DNA of 61,366 nt, filler included. It is 6 parts of 6 records of this genome, joined end to end, with 100 filler letters (N's around TTAATTAATTAA, not from the genome) between each part and the next. Parts side by side here need not be neighbours in the genome. Positions count along the whole stretch, not along the records: positions 37,722 to 50,554 come from SRR2962707_1873; 5 more parts are not named here. One strand, written 5' to 3'. Shown here piece after piece: positions 40,173 to 50,278 of this stretch. Both the position numbers and the translations under genes were made by a program. The notes below the pieces were generated by a model. It had not been told where the DNA came from, did no database searches, and was given only the letters and a program-made list of their open reading frames with translations. Each line of letters opens with the position of its first letter. Within the stretch, counting starts at the first letter, position 1.

Positions 40173-41267
40173 ATGTCCAATACGATTCACACTGTTACAG
40201 AAGCGCACTTTCACGATGCGCGCAATCAGTACCCTCAGGACTGGCGGCGATTGGCAAATTATCTCCACGGCCAGGGACTGGACTTCGATAGCGATATCCC
40301 GCCCCGCCAATTCGCCACCGGTTTCGGCAACCTCAATTATCTGATTCGCCTTGATCAGCAATGGGCGGTGCTTCGCCGCCCGCCCCCGGGACCAATACCG
40401 CCTGGCGCCAATGACATGGCCCGTGAAAGTCTGATCCTGTCCCGGCTTCCAAAGGCTTACCCGCTGGCACCACGGGCCTTACATTATTGTGAGGACAGCG
40501 AGGTGCTGGGCGCCCGGTTCTTCATCATGGAATACCGGCCCGGCCTCAGCATCGGCGGGCAGATCCCGGAAACGATCCGGCAAAACTGGCGCGGCGAGGT
40601 CCCGCTGGGATCGCATCTGGGCACCCTGTTGATTCGCCTTTTGGCGGACCTGCATGCCGTTCCTCCCGAGCGTGTTGGTTTGGACCAGTTGGGCAAACCG
40701 GACGGTTTCATTCAGCGCACCCTGACCGGCTGGGTCGAGCGGGCCCGGTTGGCCTGGAGCAACCACCCGCCGGCGGATCTGATCCGGCTGATTGAATGGC
40801 TGCAACAGCGGATACCCGCGGATCAAGGTCATTGTTTTATCCACAATGATTTCAAACTCGACAACGTGCTGCTTCGTGAACACGACCTGTCACCAGTGGC
40901 GGTGATCGACTGGGACATGGGCACACGGGGCGCCCCGCTCTATGACCTGGGGGTGCTCCTCAGCTACTGGACCGAGCGCGACGACCCGCCCTGTATGCAC
41001 GCCCTGAATCAAATGCCCACCGCCGGTGACGGCTTCCCCGGCCGCGAACAAGCCGCCACTCTCTACCAGAATCTGACCGGGACCACACTGACGTCCCTGA
41101 CTTATTTCCGGGTACTGGCACTACTGCGCAGTGCCGTGGTGTTTCAGCAGATATGCCAGCGCAAAACTCTGAACGGAGAAGACAACGACTCCGGCGTTGA
41201 GTTCGGGCAACTCGCCCGGGAATTGTGTTCATTCGCCCTGGACGTTAGCCGGGGCCGGTATTTTTAA
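40173..41267 (+). CDS. APH-family phosphotransferase (ACAD10/11 kinase-domain / LvaA-like)
   Basis: VLRRPPPGP...ANDMARE, HNDFKLDN catalytic loop, AVIDWDM..GAPLYDLG. Confidence 0.9.
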   Translation: MSNTIHTVTEAHFHDARNQYPQDWRRLANYLHGQGLDFDSDIPPRQFATGFGNLNYLIRLDQQWAVLRRPPPGPIPPGANDMARESLILSRLPKAYPLAPRALHYCEDSEVLGARFFIMEYRPGLSIGGQIPETIRQNWRGEVPLGSHLGTLLIRLLADLHAVPPERVGLDQLGKPDGFIQRTLTGWVERARLAWSNHPPADLIRLIEWLQQRIPADQGHCFIHNDFKLDNVLLREHDLSPVAVIDWDMGTRGAPLYDLGVLLSYWTERDDPPCMHALNQMPTAGDGFPGREQAATLYQNLTGTTLTSLTYFRVLALLRSAVVFQQICQRKTLNGEDNDSGVEFGQLARELCSFALDVSRGRYF

Positions 41268-41285
41268 GTGAGAAGGAGCAGGCCG

Positions 41286-42884
41286 ATGCAACGCATGCCG
41301 ATGAATAACTACGAAAAAACCCACTCCCAATTCGAATGGCAGCTTCCCGACCATTTCAACTTCGGCGGCGATGTGGTCGACTACTGGGCACGTACGCCGG
41401 AAAAAACCGCTTTGATCTGGACCAATCAACACGGCCAGGAACAGATCTACAGCTTCGCCGACATTAAACGTCTCACCAACCAGTTCGCCAATGTGCTTGC
41501 CTCCCACGGCGTAAAAAAGGGCGACCGCGTGCTGGTGGTGCTGCCCCGGTTGCCCCATTGGCAGATCGCCATGGTCGGCTGCAACAAACTGGGCGCCATA
41601 CCGATTCCTTGTGTCACCATGCTCACCGAGAAGGACATCCGCTACCGCCGCGAGCATTCCGGCGCCATCGCCGCGATCACCACGGCGGAGCATACCGCCA
41701 AGTTCGGAGATCATTTCAAAGTCCGCATCAGTGTTGGCGAAGCAGAGGGCTGGCTTGATTTTGATCAGGCCGTAGCCACGGCCGCCGAGGATTTTTCGCC
41801 CGTCCCTCTGCGCATGACGGACCCCGCCATCCTGTTCTATACGTCCGGCTCCACCGGCATGCCCAAAGGGGTGTTGCACTCCAGTGCGGCCCTGTTCAGT
41901 TGGCGCGTATCGGCCTGGTACTGGCTGTCGCTCAACCAGGATGATTTGATGTGGTGCACCGCCGACACCGGCTGGAGCAAAGCCGGCACCAGCATTCTTT
42001 ATGGTCCCTGGAGCTGCGGCAGCGCCGTCCTGTTCCACGACGGTCCATTCGACCCGGACTCACGACTGGCACTGCTGGAACGGTATCAGGTCAGCGTTTT
42101 CTGCGCGTCCGCCACCGAACTGCGCCGTCTTCTGCTCGAGGATATAACAAACCGGGACCTGAACCGGCTGCGCTTGACGGTCTCCGCCGGGGAGGCGGTA
42201 AACCCGGACATCGTGCACGCCTGGCGTGACGGCACCGGCGCTCAGTTGCTGGATGGTTATGGCCAGACCGAGACCCTGATGACGGTATTGAATTATCCGT
42301 CCATGCCGGTCAGACCGGGTTCCATGGGGCGGCCTCTGCCCGGCGTGGAAGCGGCCATTCTTGGCGAACAGGACCGGTTACTGCCACCGGGCAAAATCGG
42401 CCGTCTGGCAATCAAGACGCCCAACCCGCAAATCATGCTCGGCTACTATAAAGATGAGGAGCGAAGCGCCAGCAGTTATGTGGAGGCCAATGGAGAACGC
42501 TGGTTCATCACCGGTGACAACGCACATATGGACGAAGACGGCTACATTTATTACGAGGGACGCGGTGACGATGTCATCAACTCCGCGGGTTACCGCATTG
42601 GTCCGGTGGAAGTGGAAAACGCTTTACTGGAACACCCGGCCATCCATGAATGCGCCGTCGCCGCCAGCCCTGATCCGGATCGTGGTGAAGTGGTGAAAGC
42701 CTTTATCATTCTGTCACCAGGCTATCAGGCCAGCGACGAGTTGGCGCGGGAGATTCAAACTTTCGTCAAGGCACTCACCGCGCCTTATAAATACCCTCGC
42801 AAAATCGCCTTCGTGGAGGATCTGCCCAAGACCGCCACCGGCAAGATACAGCGCCGCCTGCTCAAACAAGCGGAATTTGCCTGA
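41286..42884 (+). CDS. Medium-chain acyl-CoA synthetase (AMP-forming)
   Basis: YTSGSTGMPKG, DGYGQTET, GRGDDVINSAGYRIGP, PYKYPR, LPKTATGK; AAGGAG RBS. Confidence 0.92.
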   Translation: MQRMPMNNYEKTHSQFEWQLPDHFNFGGDVVDYWARTPEKTALIWTNQHGQEQIYSFADIKRLTNQFANVLASHGVKKGDRVLVVLPRLPHWQIAMVGCNKLGAIPIPCVTMLTEKDIRYRREHSGAIAAITTAEHTAKFGDHFKVRISVGEAEGWLDFDQAVATAAEDFSPVPLRMTDPAILFYTSGSTGMPKGVLHSSAALFSWRVSAWYWLSLNQDDLMWCTADTGWSKAGTSILYGPWSCGSAVLFHDGPFDPDSRLALLERYQVSVFCASATELRRLLLEDITNRDLNRLRLTVSAGEAVNPDIVHAWRDGTGAQLLDGYGQTETLMTVLNYPSMPVRPGSMGRPLPGVEAAILGEQDRLLPPGKIGRLAIKTPNPQIMLGYYKDEERSASSYVEANGERWFITGDNAHMDEDGYIYYEGRGDDVINSAGYRIGPVEVENALLEHPAIHECAVAASPDPDRGEVVKAFIILSPGYQASDELAREIQTFVKALTAPYKYPRKIAFVEDLPKTATGKIQRRLLKQAEFA

Positions 42885-42891
42885 CCCGTTC

Positions 42892-42913
42892 CCCTCCCCG
42901 GCCCGGGGGAGGG
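42892..42913. terminator. Hairpin between the convergent operons
   Basis: CCCTCCCC...GGGGAGGG stem. Confidence 0.55.
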
Positions 42914-42931
42914 AGAACAGGAGCCCTCTCT

Positions 42932-43636
42932 TCAACCGCCCAGATACAATTCCTTGAGTTCCGGCCGCTGACTGATTTCGGCGGAGTCGCCTTCCAATCC
43001 AATGCGGCCATTCTCCAGCACATAGGAATAGTCGGATATCTTGATCGCCATATGGGCGTTCTGTTCCACCAGCAGAATAGCGGTGCCGGCCTTATTGATC
43101 CGCTTGAGAATCTCAAAAATCTCCATCACCAGCTTCGGCGCGATGCCCAGCGAAGGCTCGTCCAGCAGCAACAGCCTGGGCCTGCCCATCAATGAACGGC
43201 CAATGGCCAGCATTTGCTGTTCACCGCCGCTCAGCGTCGCCGCCTTTTGTTGCATACGCTCCTTCAGGCGCGGGAAATAGCCGAACACCGTCTCCATGTC
43301 TTCGTCGACATCCTTGTTGCCAATACGGCGGTAGGCGCCTACACGTAGATTTTCCTCCACGGTGAACTGCGGAAAAACCCGCCGCCCCTCGGGGCAATGA
43401 ATGACGCCATTCTTGACCAGGTCGCCGCAGGATCGTCCCTGCACGGATTCTCCGTTCAACCGCACGTCGCCGCTTTGCGGAGCACACAAGCCGGAAATCA
43501 CCTTCAAGGTGCTCGACTTGCCGGCGCCATTGGCGCCCAGTAATGAGACGATCCGCCCTTCAGGAACCTCCAGGGAAATACCCCGCAAGGCATGCACCCG
43601 CCCGTAGTACAGGCAGACATCATCAAGCTTCAACAT
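42932..43636 (-). CDS. Liv-type ABC transporter ATPase (LivF-like)
   Basis: GANGAGKSS, PEGRRVF, LSGGEQQMLAIGR, LLVEQNA. Confidence 0.93.
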   Translation of the reverse strand: MLKLDDVCLYYGRVHALRGISLEVPEGRIVSLLGANGAGKSSTLKVISGLCAPQSGDVRLNGESVQGRSCGDLVKNGVIHCPEGRRVFPQFTVEENLRVGAYRRIGNKDVDEDMETVFGYFPRLKERMQQKAATLSGGEQQMLAIGRSLMGRPRLLLLDEPSLGIAPKLVMEIFEILKRINKAGTAILLVEQNAHMAIKISDYSYVLENGRIGLEGDSAEISQRPELKELYLGG

Positions 43637-44393
43637 CGTCCACCTCCCCAAGATAGGCCTCGATCACCGCCGGGTCGTTCTGGATCGCCGACGGGCTCCC
43701 TTCGGCGATCTTTTCACCGAAATTCATTACCGTGATGCGATCGGATATGTCCATTACCAACGACATGTCATGCTCAATCAACAATACCGAAATCCCCATA
43801 TCATCGCGCAGTTTTCGGATCAGTCGGGAAAGACCTCCGGTTTCGGAGGTGTTCATTCCCGCCACCGGTTCATCCAGCAGTATCAGCCGGGGCTCGACCA
43901 TAACCGCCCGGCCGATATCCACCATCTTCTGGTACCCATACGGCAGGTTTTCAACACGTTCATTGGCGCAGTGAGACAGGCCGAACATCTCCAGCACGGC
44001 GTCCGCCTTTCGGCGGGCCTCCGCTTCCGTACGCCGGATAGAGGGGAGGTTGAAACAAATTTTCAGAAGATTGTGATTCAACCGGGAATGCAGGCCGGTG
44101 AGCAAGTTGTCCATGACCGTCATTTTCGAGAACAGCTCCACGTTCTGAAAGCTGCGGGCAATACCCTGGCCAATAATCTGATGAGGGTTAAGCCGTCCCA
44201 GGTCAGTGCCTTCGAAGCTGATCGATCCGGACGCCGGCGTATAGAACCGGCTGATACAGTTGAACACCGTGGTCTTGCCGGCCCCGTTAGGCCCGATGAT
44301 GGAATGGATGCTTCCCTTTTCCACCCGCAAGGACAGCTCGGACACGGCGGTAAGACCAGAGAAACGGACCGTCAGGCGATCGAAACTAAGCAT
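43623..44393 (-). CDS. Liv-type ABC transporter ATPase (LivG-like)
   Basis: GPNGAGKTT, LPYGYQK, LLDEPVAGMN, VIEAYLG. Confidence 0.93.
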   Translation of the reverse strand: MLSFDRLTVRFSGLTAVSELSLRVEKGSIHSIIGPNGAGKTTVFNCISRFYTPASGSISFEGTDLGRLNPHQIIGQGIARSFQNVELFSKMTVMDNLLTGLHSRLNHNLLKICFNLPSIRRTEAEARRKADAVLEMFGLSHCANERVENLPYGYQKMVDIGRAVMVEPRLILLDEPVAGMNTSETGGLSRLIRKLRDDMGISVLLIEHDMSLVMDISDRITVMNFGEKIAEGSPSAIQNDPAVIEAYLGEVDDVEA

Positions 44394-45387
44394 TGTCGGC
44401 CTCCTCGAAATCCTGCCCTGGTACCTTTTCCACAGGTGTCTCACCGGACGGACGCTGTTTCCTCCGCTGGAAGAACTCACCCAGTGAAACAAGCCCGGCC
44501 GGACGGAACAGAATCACCAGCACCACGGCCAACCCGATGACCAAATTGGTGACACCGACGTAAGCATCGGAGAAGTGAGGAATCCCGGTAAACAGGACAG
44601 CGCCCAGAATGGCGCCCCATATCGACGCCAAACCACCTACCACGATCATCGCCAACAGGAAGAAGGAGGCCATGATGGTGAAGTCATTCGGGCTTATGTA
44701 TTGAATCCAATAGGCATACAGACCGCCGGCCAGGCCGGTGAAGAAGGCGCTGATCATGAACATGACGGTCTTGTAGCCGGCAACATTGATACCGGTGGCC
44801 GCGGCGGCGATTTCACTGTCCCGGATCGCCAGGAATGCCCGCCCGAGCCGGCTGTTGGCGATATTCATCAGCACCCAGGTCACCAGGAAAGTCAGCATCA
44901 GAATGACATAAAAGAACGTCAGGTCATCGGATGCCCATTCCGGGCGCATCAAAGGCAGGCCCGAATAGCCTCCCGTCACCGACTTCCAATTCAACGCAAT
45001 TTCCGGAATGGACAATCCAAACCCCAGCGTTGCCACCGCCAGAAAATGGCCTTTCAGACGGACCGCCGGCAGCCCGATCACCAGACTCACCAGCGCGGCA
45101 ATGACGCCCGCCGACGGCAAGGCCAACCAGATCGGCAAGCCGAAAGTCGTTGACAGAACGCCAGTTGAATACGTCCCCATCATCAAGAAGCCGCCTTGAC
45201 CTATGGACACTTGGCCGCCGTAACCGGTTAACAGGTTCAAGGACATGGCGGCAATGGCATAAATCGCCATGGTGACCACCAGTCCCATGAAGTACGAGGA
45301 CTGACCGACCAGAAATGGAAATGCCAGCAAAACCAGTACAAGCAGGGATACAAACCACCGCCGATCAAATACTTTTTTCATTGTCAC
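44386..45387 (-). CDS. Liv-type ABC transporter permease (LivM-like)
   Basis: GYGGQVSIGQ, RLKGHFLAVATL, GRAFLAIRDSE, multiple TM helices. Confidence 0.92.
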   Translation of the reverse strand: MTMKKVFDRRWFVSLLVLVLLAFPFLVGQSSYFMGLVVTMAIYAIAAMSLNLLTGYGGQVSIGQGGFLMMGTYSTGVLSTTFGLPIWLALPSAGVIAALVSLVIGLPAVRLKGHFLAVATLGFGLSIPEIALNWKSVTGGYSGLPLMRPEWASDDLTFFYVILMLTFLVTWVLMNIANSRLGRAFLAIRDSEIAAAATGINVAGYKTVMFMISAFFTGLAGGLYAYWIQYISPNDFTIMASFFLLAMIVVGGLASIWGAILGAVLFTGIPHFSDAYVGVTNLVIGLAVVLVILFRPAGLVSLGEFFQRRKQRPSGETPVEKVPGQDFEEADNA

Positions 45388-46253
45388 ACCTTCTTCATGG
45401 TCGGGGCGTCACCGAAGATACCCTGCGGGCGGATATAAAGAACCGCGACGATTAGTGCGAAGGTGCAAACCAGAGCCATTTCCGGCGCCCAGTAGTAACT
45501 CACCAGATTGCCGAATACGCCGATCATAAGTCCGCCGATCACCGCCCCGGGCAAGCTCATGAATCCGGCCAGCACGGCTGCCGCGAAGGCCATGATCAGC
45601 ACATTGAACATCATCGACACCCCGAGGAACGTGAAGGGCGCCGTCAACAGGCCGGCAATGCCGCCCAACACGGAACCCGCGGCCCAGGTCGCCAGAAATA
45701 CGGCATTGACATTGATACCCATAAGCCGCGCCGCCACCAGATCCTGCGAAGAGGCTCTCATCGCCAGCCCCACCCGAGTGTAGCGAAACAGGACAAAGAG
45801 AATCATGGAGAGCAGGAAGGTGATCACCAACACAAAGATTTCGTTGGGCGTGATGAAGACACCGGCGATGGAGAAGGATTTACCTTCCACCGCCTTGGGG
45901 AAACTGGTGGGGGTGTGGCCCCAAATCAGTCCCGCCGCGCCATGTATGGCGAGAAACACACCCAGTGTCATCACCAGCTGATTAAGATGGGATGCCTGAC
46001 TGACATGACGTATCAGCACCCAGAACACCGCGATGCCAAAAAACGCCGAGAACGCAATGGCGGCGAGAAACGCCCCATAGTAGGGTAATTCAAAGTTTGT
46101 CAGTAATGAGAACGCCACGAACGAGCTGACCATGGCCATCTCGCCATGAGCAAAGTTGACCAGACCGGTGGTTCTGAAAATCAGCACCAGGCCAAGCGCC
46201 GCGAGCCCATAGACACAGCCGAAGATCAGGCCGCTTACTACGATCTGTCCCAT
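45384..46253 (-). CDS. Liv-type ABC transporter permease (LivH-like)
   Basis: VNFAHGE, GLAMRASSQD, RPQGIFG. Confidence 0.92.
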   Translation of the reverse strand: MGQIVVSGLIFGCVYGLAALGLVLIFRTTGLVNFAHGEMAMVSSFVAFSLLTNFELPYYGAFLAAIAFSAFFGIAVFWVLIRHVSQASHLNQLVMTLGVFLAIHGAAGLIWGHTPTSFPKAVEGKSFSIAGVFITPNEIFVLVITFLLSMILFVLFRYTRVGLAMRASSQDLVAARLMGINVNAVFLATWAAGSVLGGIAGLLTAPFTFLGVSMMFNVLIMAFAAAVLAGFMSLPGAVIGGLMIGVFGNLVSYYWAPEMALVCTFALIVAVLYIRPQGIFGDAPTMKKV

Positions 46254-46346
46254 GCGGACATACCTCCCGAGATGTTTTTCTTCTTAATGCGGCCCCACTA
46301 TCAGCCGAGGCAGAGCGGGGCCGCCTACTGCGAGCGACACTGTTCT

Positions 46347-47579
46347 TCAACCGCCGCTGATCTGCCCCGTCACCGGATCAAAGGTGATCGGCTTGGAAAT
46401 CGGAACAATATGCCCATCCTTGGCTTCGGTGATGAACATGGAGGTCAGTCCATAATGGTTATGTTCGGAAAAGCTGACCCCGGCGTACATGGAACCGGTC
46501 CAGTTATCGAACGAATCGAAAGCGCTCAGGAAATCATCCCAGCTCAGTGTCTCGCTACGTCTCAACGCCTCAACCAGCACCTCCGCCGCGGCCCACCCGG
46601 TTTGTCCCCAGTCGGCAAGCGCCACTTTCGGGTAGTCCTTGCCAAACTGTTCTATGTACTGCTTGATGCTTTCGTCGTCGCTTTGATCCGGCTTGGGTAA
46701 AACCGCGCTGGAAATGGTGCCGTTCCATACCTCCTTCCCGGCCAGGTCGAACATCGTTTCAGAGTCACCGCCAACCGAGGACACCAGGAAGGCCGGCTCG
46801 GACAATCCGATGTTATAAAGCGCTTTTTTCAGCTGCGCCGCTGGAGCCGGCGTTGAGAAGGCCAGGATAGCGTCCGGATCAGCCTGGCGAATACGCTGGG
46901 CCTGAGTACTCAGATCGGAATCCGCGGCCTGGAAATTCACTTCACCGACCAGCTCCACGTCCTGATACTCCTTCAACGCTTCCTTGGCGGCCTCCGCCAG
47001 CGGGCTCCCGTAGTCGTCGTTCTGGTAAGCAACAACCACCCGCTTCGCCTTCAGAGTCGTGGCAATATAGTTGGTCAGAACCCGGGCTTCGAATTCATAA
47101 TTGGCCAGGCTGGAACCCATATAGTTGGCAATAGGCGGATCGACGAACTGCTTGGAGCCGGAGCTGGTCATCAGCATGGGAATACCACTGCGTTCATTGA
47201 ACCGCCGGGTCGCCACATTGCAGGGAGTACACACATTGCCAAGCATGGCGTACACCTTGTCCTCATCCACCAGACGCTTGGTCAACTGTACCGTCCGGCC
47301 AGGCTGATACTGGTCGTCATAGGCGATCAACCGCAGTTTTCGCCCCTTCACTCCGCCATTCTCGTTGACGTGGTTGAAGTAGGACTGGATACCCATTCGG
47401 ATTTTATCGTAAGCCGCCACCGGTCCGGTCTGCGGGCCAAGATGACCGATGCGGATTTCCGTATCGGTGACACCCTGCGGGGCATCGAGATCATCAGCCC
47501 ATGCCGGCGGCGCCGCGAACAAGGCCGCCAGCGAGGCTGCTGTCGCCCATTTTTTCCAGTTCTTTTTGATCAGAAACAT
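46347..47579 (-). CDS. Liv-type ABC transporter substrate-binding protein
   Basis: Signal peptide, GVTDTEIRIG, NENGGVKGRKL..DDQY (PBP1 fold). Confidence 0.9.
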   Translation of the reverse strand: MFLIKKNWKKWATAASLAALFAAPPAWADDLDAPQGVTDTEIRIGHLGPQTGPVAAYDKIRMGIQSYFNHVNENGGVKGRKLRLIAYDDQYQPGRTVQLTKRLVDEDKVYAMLGNVCTPCNVATRRFNERSGIPMLMTSSGSKQFVDPPIANYMGSSLANYEFEARVLTNYIATTLKAKRVVVAYQNDDYGSPLAEAAKEALKEYQDVELVGEVNFQAADSDLSTQAQRIRQADPDAILAFSTPAPAAQLKKALYNIGLSEPAFLVSSVGGDSETMFDLAGKEVWNGTISSAVLPKPDQSDDESIKQYIEQFGKDYPKVALADWGQTGWAAAEVLVEALRRSETLSWDDFLSAFDSFDNWTGSMYAGVSFSEHNHYGLTSMFITEAKDGHIVPISKPITFDPVTGQISGG

Positions 47580-47628
47580 GATTCATCACCTTTGTTTTAC
47601 TAATAACGTCATTATTCGTGGACGCCGC

Positions 47629-48801
47629 TCAATAGGCGGCGTTGAGAATGGCGACAATGTCCTCCCGGGTGCGTATCGGCCGGGGATTGGTATTGACCCA
47701 GATATTGCCCATGGCGCCTTCCGCCACCGACTCGAAGCAACCCGGATCAACCTCCAGTTCCCGCAGCCGGACAGGCAGTCCCAGATCTTTGATCAGAGTT
47801 TCCACGGCGCTAACCGCGTCGCCGTCGGTACGCCCCATAGATGCCGCGACTCGTTTCTGGCGGGCGCGGTTTTCCCCTTGTCCACGATTCCAGCGCAGTA
47901 CCGCCGGCAGCAATACACAGGAGGTATAGCCGTGACTGAGACCGGTGACCGCACCGAGGCTGTGACCGATACCGTGGCTGGCGCCATAATCGACCCGCAA
48001 GATGCCCTGGGAGGCCAGCCAGGCGCCCTGCTGAGCCCGCAGCCGTGCGTCCAGATCCTCGGGCGCACGCCGATTACGAGGCAAGGCTTCACTTAGAAGC
48101 GACAGTGCGTGCAAGGCGCAGGCATCCACCAGTGGCGCCGGCGAACGGCTGCAGAGGGATTCCACCGCATGATCCAGTGCGCGGATCCCGGTTGATAGCC
48201 AAAGTCGTTCAGGCGTTGGCAAGGTGACGGCCGGGTCCATGATTACCGTGGCGGGGCATAAAGCGGCGCCATGGTAACCGTCCTTGACATGCCGCCGCTC
48301 ATCCACGGCGCCGCCCAGACAGGAAAACTCGGCACCGGACAGGGTGGTAGGGACCGCGATCTGACGAATTGGCGGCGCCCGCAAATCAGGAATCCGCCGC
48401 TCACCCGAGGCATCAACGGTTATGTGGCAGCGATCCAGTCCCGTCACGTCAACCACGTTTTCCGCCAGAGCCACCAAAACCACCTTGGCGGTGTCGATGA
48501 CTGTTCCACCGCCCACGGATAGGATCAGATCCGGTCCGGCGCGCCGTATCGCGGCGGCGGCCTCGATCACCGTTTGGCGGGGCGTATGCTCACGGCAGCC
48601 GTCGAATACGCCAACACTTTTTCCGCCCAGAGCCTGTCTGATACCGTCAACCACCGGCGTCGCTCTGTTCAACGTTCTGCCGGTAATGATGAAAACACGC
48701 TCGGCACCAAGACGCGCCACTTCGGCACGTACCGCCTCCCCGGCGGGAACACCCCAGACAACACGGTCCTGGGCAATATACTGGTACCAACCTGAATCCA
48801 T
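47629..48801 (-). CDS. Iron-containing alcohol dehydrogenase family (maleylacetate-reductase/hydroxyacid-dehydrogenase-like)
   Basis: GGGTVIDTAK, PTTLSGAE, DHAVE, SHGIGH..G..HG metal ligands; start MDSGW at 48801. Confidence 0.88.
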   Translation of the reverse strand: MDSGWYQYIAQDRVVWGVPAGEAVRAEVARLGAERVFIITGRTLNRATPVVDGIRQALGGKSVGVFDGCREHTPRQTVIEAAAAIRRAGPDLILSVGGGTVIDTAKVVLVALAENVVDVTGLDRCHITVDASGERRIPDLRAPPIRQIAVPTTLSGAEFSCLGGAVDERRHVKDGYHGAALCPATVIMDPAVTLPTPERLWLSTGIRALDHAVESLCSRSPAPLVDACALHALSLLSEALPRNRRAPEDLDARLRAQQGAWLASQGILRVDYGASHGIGHSLGAVTGLSHGYTSCVLLPAVLRWNRGQGENRARQKRVAASMGRTDGDAVSAVETLIKDLGLPVRLRELEVDPGCFESVAEGAMGNIWVNTNPRPIRTREDIVAILNAAY

Positions 48802-49253
48802 ATCCGCCTCACTCCGAAACCGACGGCAACGTCCCTCACCGTATTCGCACCACAAAGCCGGCCTCCCATTGCTTCATTGCAGAACGGAAGGTCCGCTTTT
48901 TTTATCGAAAAAATAGAGTTAAATTGGATTAGCGCGCCCGCTTCCGGCAAGCGCGACCACGCCGGTCAAACCGGGAAAAGGCACGCTTCATAAAGTGTGA
49001 ATTCACAAGGGAAGAGCTGGCGACATCAATGGCACCCCAATTTTTCCGATAAGCGCGAGAGGCGCCTGCGTGCTTATTCGGCACGGGTATAAGGGTTTTG
49101 AGAGGATTTCCGGTATTCATTTTTGCATCCAACCTGCCATTGATTTCACGCTTATGCTTTTTGGAAGAGTAGTAATCGCGGCAGGCGGGCTCAAATCACT
49201 TTTTGAAATACGCCATCATTTTCATCAAAAATACATCAAATAAAGACAGAACC

Positions 49254-50168
49254 ATGAGACTGAACCGCATAGATCTGAACTTGTTCGTTGTCTTTGAAGC
49301 GCTATACCGCGAGCGCCGTGTGACCAAGGTCGCGCGCCATTTGAATATTACCCAGTCCGGGGTAAGCAACGCGCTGCGGCGGCTGCGCGAGACCTTTGAT
49401 GACCCTCTCTTTGTACGTGGTTCCGAAGGGATGGTGCCCACGCCGGTGGCGGAAAATATGATCGTGGATGTGCGCCAGGCTCTGGACCTGCTCAGCCGCA
49501 GTGTGGGAGAAAATCTACGTTTTCAACCGGAGCTTTCAGAAAGGGAATTCCGCCTTGGCATGAATGATCTGGGGCAGGCTCTGATACTTCCCGGGCTACG
49601 CGAGAAATTACGTGAGCAGGCCCCTAAAGTGGCGCTCAGCACCTATTACGTGGATCGCCGTATCGGCGAGGAGGACCTTAAATCCGGCGGCCTGGATTTA
49701 TTGATCGATGCACCGGACATCAACGCCCTGGAGTTGGACCAGGCGTTCCTTGCCGAATTGCCTTACGTCGTTACCATGCGCCACGGCCATCCGTTGGCGA
49801 AGGGCCCGCTGTCCCTGCAATGTTATCTCGGCGCCGACCATATTCACGTCTCAAGCCGCAAGCGCGGCCGCGGACAAGTGGATGTGGCCCTGCACGCTCT
49901 CGGGGAGCAGCGTCATATCTCCATGCGCGTTCAGAACTACCTGGTGGCGGCGAACATCACCGCGGAAAGCGACCTTTTATGGACGGTACCGAGAATGCTG
50001 GCGGAAACCACCGGCCTGTATATCACCGAGGCGCCGCTCAAGGTGCCGCCTTTATTCTGGAATCTCTATTGGCCGAAAAGCGTGACCATGGACCCGGCAA
50101 GCCGATGGATGCGGCAGCTGATCATGAGCCAGTTTGCCGAGAGCTGCTCCCGACTGTTGCCAGATTGA
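49254..50168 (+). CDS. LysR-family regulator (NodD/DntR-like subgroup)
   Basis: DLNLFVVFEAL...TQSGVSNALRRLR..FDDPLF HTH; divergent from the Fe-ADH/ABC operon. Confidence 0.93.
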   Translation: MRLNRIDLNLFVVFEALYRERRVTKVARHLNITQSGVSNALRRLRETFDDPLFVRGSEGMVPTPVAENMIVDVRQALDLLSRSVGENLRFQPELSEREFRLGMNDLGQALILPGLREKLREQAPKVALSTYYVDRRIGEEDLKSGGLDLLIDAPDINALELDQAFLAELPYVVTMRHGHPLAKGPLSLQCYLGADHIHVSSRKRGRGQVDVALHALGEQRHISMRVQNYLVAANITAESDLLWTVPRMLAETTGLYITEAPLKVPPLFWNLYWPKSVTMDPASRWMRQLIMSQFAESCSRLLPD

Positions 50169-50278
50169 CGGCCCTCCCGCCGTTTGACGGGGACGCCGGT
50201 CCGCTCCGTCGATACGGCAAGTGCTGACATCAGAGCCACGCCGTACACTGCGCCTCCCTATTTACGGAGGCTTGTTTC

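Noticed and set aside
48856-49253. Specific LysR box or sRNA in the divergent intergenic region
   Set aside because: Several weak T-N11-A candidates exist, but none can be singled out by eye.
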